Positions 60,222 to 64,000 of a DNA stretch of 64,000 nucleotides are shown here, one piece after another; the stretch's first letter is position 1, and each line of letters starts with the position of its first letter. The stretch spans positions 372,001 to 436,000 of the forward strand of contig JAPEUD010000011.1 in NCBI GenBank assembly GCA_026026165.1, read 5' to 3'. Position numbers and translations under genes: made by a program. Origin of the DNA: Sarea resinae (taxonomy: Eukaryota). The notes beneath the pieces are model-generated. The model searched no databases, was not told the DNA's origin, and saw nothing but the letters and a program-made list of their open reading frames with translations.

Positions 60222-60802
60222 TGTGACTTCGGCAGCACAGAGCAAGATTTGGAGGTTGAATTGTTTGGGCGTGGTCGATGTTCGTGAAGTTGGTGATGCA
60301 AGTGAGGGCCGCGTAGTCCTTAGCATCTTTGCATATCGTGGTACGGGTACGGGTACGGATACTGGTACTGACTGATCCAACATCGCCAATGAGAGCTGTC
60401 TGGACGCAAGATAAATCCAATGCGCATCGGTGCAAAGCGGTCGCTGTTCGAAAGGAGAACTATGTGGCAGGGCACATGATCGAAATCTAGGGATTATGCT
60501 TCTGCAGATTGCACACTCCAAGATTTGATCGCACGCCCGTGCATCAATTTCAATCTAGATACTGTGAAGCCTGAGTGAGACGCCCAAAAGATATCTCCCG
60601 CCAGAAAGAATGCAACATATAGCACCCACATCAAGACACCGACAACAAAACCGGTTGCACTTGTACATAGCAATCCCATACGCCGAGCCATGAACCCCTT
60701 CTATGTCGTCTATCCTTGCCGCATCCAAGATCACAAAAGACGCCCCCCTCCCGTGGATATCCCCCAAGCTTTGCAGCACACATGCGAACCCAAGAAACCC
60801 TT

Positions 60803-61519
60803 TCAAGTCGAACGAGCAGCACTGGTACGATCTCCCTCCTTTCGCCGAACTGGCTTCCTCATCCTGACTCCTCTCGTCACGCAAGCCCCATTGCCGGTCC
60901 AATCACTAGCCGACCTGAAAGTGATTGGCGGTTCTTTCTCGATCTTCCACCTTCCCGGTGCCTGCGATGCGCTCGGTCTTCTTGGAGTGATCCCTTCTGC
61001 TGAATCGGCATCCATCAAAGGTCCATCCCGTGTTGGCGGAGGGCTTGTAGATACGTTTGACGATGGATACACACAACACTGACTTCGATTATTGACCATG
61101 TCCTCGACAAGTTTCGACAAAGTTTTCAGGTGCGATGGATCGCACTGGAGTTGGGAGGATATTTGGCGCTGAAGACGAACAGAGGCTGAAAAGGAACGCG
61201 ATGGTAGCGGGGCAGGACATGCAGCCCTCCCTTCAGATCCGGAACGCCTCTCTCCCGATGTAACGACCGAGTTGCTGATGCGACGAGCTCTCGTAGCCGA
61301 CGGCTGGAGACTCTGCTCACTGAGGTGTTGTGACAGATCCGATACGGATTGCGAAAGGGAGGATGGCCCGTGTGTGGAACGTTCGAAGCCGCAAGGAGAG
61401 GCGCACGGCGACGATCGAGGTGACACATCGTCAGGCGCAACGTTGAAAGCCGAATTGGCAGGTCGGCCGTGGTCTGTCCGTTGGCGAGGCGCGCTATCGA
61501 AGGAAAAGTTCTCAAACAT
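60803..61519 (-). CDS. Fungal hypothetical Ser/Pro-rich protein
   Basis: 238-aa ATG ORF; MFENFSF start; RLQRQISSQLQC...LVEDMVNNRSQC core; basic C-terminus. Confidence 0.72.
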   Translation of the reverse strand: MFENFSFDSAPRQRTDHGRPANSAFNVAPDDVSPRSSPCASPCGFERSTHGPSSLSQSVSDLSQHLSEQSLQPSATRARRISNSVVTSGERRSGSEGRAACPAPLPSRSFSASVRLQRQISSQLQCDPSHLKTLSKLVEDMVNNRSQCCVYPSSNVSTSPPPTRDGPLMDADSAEGITPRRPSASQAPGRWKIEKEPPITFRSASDWTGNGACVTRGVRMRKPVRRKEGDRTSAARST

Positions 61520-64000
61520 GTCGCAATCCGATGCGACGGCGACGGTCGCGAAACACTGTTAGGTAGGCAGAGAGAAGTTTGGACCTTGAAGCAGGGTTTG
61601 AAGCAGGGCCCGATCGCAAGTGAGACTGTCCCGACAGAATATGGCAGCAGCTTGGAGGTAAAGCAGTGTCGCTGGAGGACGCGGCGTAGGTAGGTAGGTA
61701 GGTAGGTAGGTACTATTAAGGTAGGTAGGCAGATGCGAGGTCTTCGTCAGAGCGACCAGACTTCGAGTACGATGTCGACGTCGCGATGGAGTAAAGACTC
61801 GTCGCGGTCGAAAGGCAATCGCCAGGTATTTAGGATAGAGACAGGACAATCGGGAAGGTGAGTGCAGTGGACAAGGTGGAGTAGCACTAAAGGGAGATGG
61901 TGGGTTGGTAGGAGGATTGAGTGGTAGTAATAGTGGCAGTGATAGTCTGGACAGTCGGGAGAGGTGGAGATTGGAACCGAGATAGGGCAGGGAATGGTCG
62001 CAAGTTGGAGGTTAGAGGCAAGTTAGAGGCAAGGGAAGAGGGCAAGGGAGAGTCCCTGAAGGGGGAGAGAGCGCCCTGAAGGATGCTCGTTGCGAAGGTC
62101 AAGTACTGCTGAGGTACCTCCCGACTCGGATCTACCGTGCAAGTACGGTGAAAGACTTGGTCGTGGCCAAGTACCGATGGAGTACCTGAATGACCAGGTT
62201 CTGAGAGGTGTACTATTCCGTGCTCAGGTGCTCCTCCAAGTGCTCGACGATGCTTTCCATTCCTTCGAGCTCAAGAGGTTCAGTTGCTTCGACGGCGTCA
62301 GACAGCGTCTCCTCGATCATATTTACGACAAGTCTTCTCTCCTTCTGAGCCATCAACCATCAACCATCAACACTCAACCCTGCTCGCGTTCAGAGTTCGA
62401 AGTCGCAGATGCAGCCGTGCAGCTGCGGGCTCATTCGACACTGCAGCAGCAAGCAAGCAATCAAGCGCACGCCTGGCCACCCAACCCGTCGGGGTGGCAA
62501 ATCGATCGTCAGGCGGTACCAGACGCACTCGTACTTGCAGGTGGTCGGTCCAGTACCGAACATCGGAGTCGAGACTGCTATGGTAGGGGCCAAGGTACCT
62601 CGCCTGGACCTTCGCTACCTACTTCATAAGCTGCAGCATCCCCTTGCCTTGAGCCGTTCGCTTTCAAGACGACGGGCCAACGAAGGTACCCGGACTACTT
62701 CACGCTTCAGCAGTACTGATGGCCGTTCTTGACTCTGTCTCTCTCTTCCAGAGCATCATCCGCCTTCGATCCGACCGCTCATCCGGCTCATTCGACCCCT
62801 TGATGGAGCAAGGTACCTACTGCGTACTCCGTGGGGATCACGGTACTCCACAGTACCTTACTCATAGACTGGAGTACTCCGTAGTGGAGATGTCCTGCGA
62901 GGTACCTTTTCCCAGCCAAACGGCTAAATCGACGGCATATCATCAGCAACCAATCACGCGCCTAGACCCATCACACCATCATCGGACCCACGAACGCCAC
63001 GCCCGCTAGCACCGAAGCGCTAGAAGCCTTCTCGAATCCTTCCTCGAATGATCTTCGATCCTTCTGCCACCCGCCCACACACCCTGGCCCACCCAGGCTA
63101 CCAGTTCGAGTCAGCCCAAGACATCGCGGCTCTGATCACATCGATGCAAGCCAAACCCCGTGCCCCTGCGCAGTTGATTATGTTTATGTTACACCCGAGT
63201 CTGAAGAATTGAAAATGGTTCACGGCTTACGGGCCAACTGCGATCCAGAGACAAGTATTCCATCGAAAGCGTAGAGTCTGCCTTGCATGCATGCCACCGC
63301 GATCTTCACCCTATCGAAACGCAGAATCGCCGACTTGAGATCTTCGCGATGGGAGATATCATAATTGGCACCTGCATCCAATAGGGAGCTGCTCTTACCT
63401 AGATGCCAGAGCTCTTTTCCAAGTTTCTTCATCGACGAGCTGGCAAGAACTGAATTGAATCAATACCGCATCCACTTCGAGGGATCATCCCTGTCCCCAG
63501 CTGTCTCAGCTGCTGGGTATCTGCACGATGATAACGTTGATCGTTGTGGACAGCGATGGCGGCAGCCTCGGCAGTACGACGCTGATCCCCGGTTGAGTCC
63601 AGGCATCGGCCGGCCGCATGCATACGCTGCAAGCCTGCAACGACCCGTCAGAGCGTTTGGGGCTTGCATGAGGATGGATGATCTTGTTTGAGTTTCAGTC
63701 CGACTGATGTGATAAATAAAAGGTAGGGGGCGACGAGGTTGCAACATAACGATACTGTGTCGTCTGCATGTCTTATTCTATATACGGACCCTCTAGGATG
63801 ATGATTGTGCGGCGGAAGAGAAGAAAATGAACATGACCGTAGACCCAATACAACAGTCGCCTATAGGTTATGACTTTACAGGGCTAGCAAACCAGTCCAT
63901 CATTCGGGCACGGCAAGCAATTTGTTCCGTCGTCGGATCTCCGTCCACCGGCTCTGCTGCCCCAGCTCAAGCACACTCATCCTGCGCATCTTGCCACTCG

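Noticed and set aside
61686..61730. (TAGG)n as telomere-like repeat
   Set aside because: Not TTAGGG, internal, and a common microsatellite elsewhere in the window
63220..63660. Possible decayed gene with an ankyrin-like LLDAGAN word
   Set aside because: Short, interrupted frames and a single motif word; not enough support

Overview
Gene-dense chromosome segment of a filamentous ascomycete (Pezizomycotina), inferred from short GT-AG introns with CTRAC branch sites and fungal-type proteins. Positions 1 to about 5900 are a degenerate, apparently RIP-mutated accessory block. It holds a frameshifted UPF1/DNA2-like SF1 helicase relic, two diverged copies of an unknown ORF family and a heptad-repeat remnant, and it ends just downstream of an intron-containing tRNA-Phe(GAA). 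The rest carries about 19 intact genes: D-2-hydroxyacid dehydrogenase, PP4 regulatory subunit R2, UPF0658 membrane protein, mitochondrial ThrRS, an MDR-family enone reductase, Maf, a small bHLH, trifunctional HIS4, PAF acetylhydrolase, an MFS transporter, SLN1-type histidine kinase, SCP2, NUP2, a TmpA-like flavoprotein, an F-box protein and several hypotheticals. The most notable signals are: (i) a final intron in the MDR reductase whose competing acceptors give either an immediate stop or a C-terminal -AKL peroxisomal signal; (ii) the tRNA-bounded decayed block; (iii) GC-rich gene 3' ends flanking microsatellite-filled spacers at five convergent gene pairs; (iv) dense GTAC clusters in long upstream regions. 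All calls come from reading the sequence; no database searches were run.
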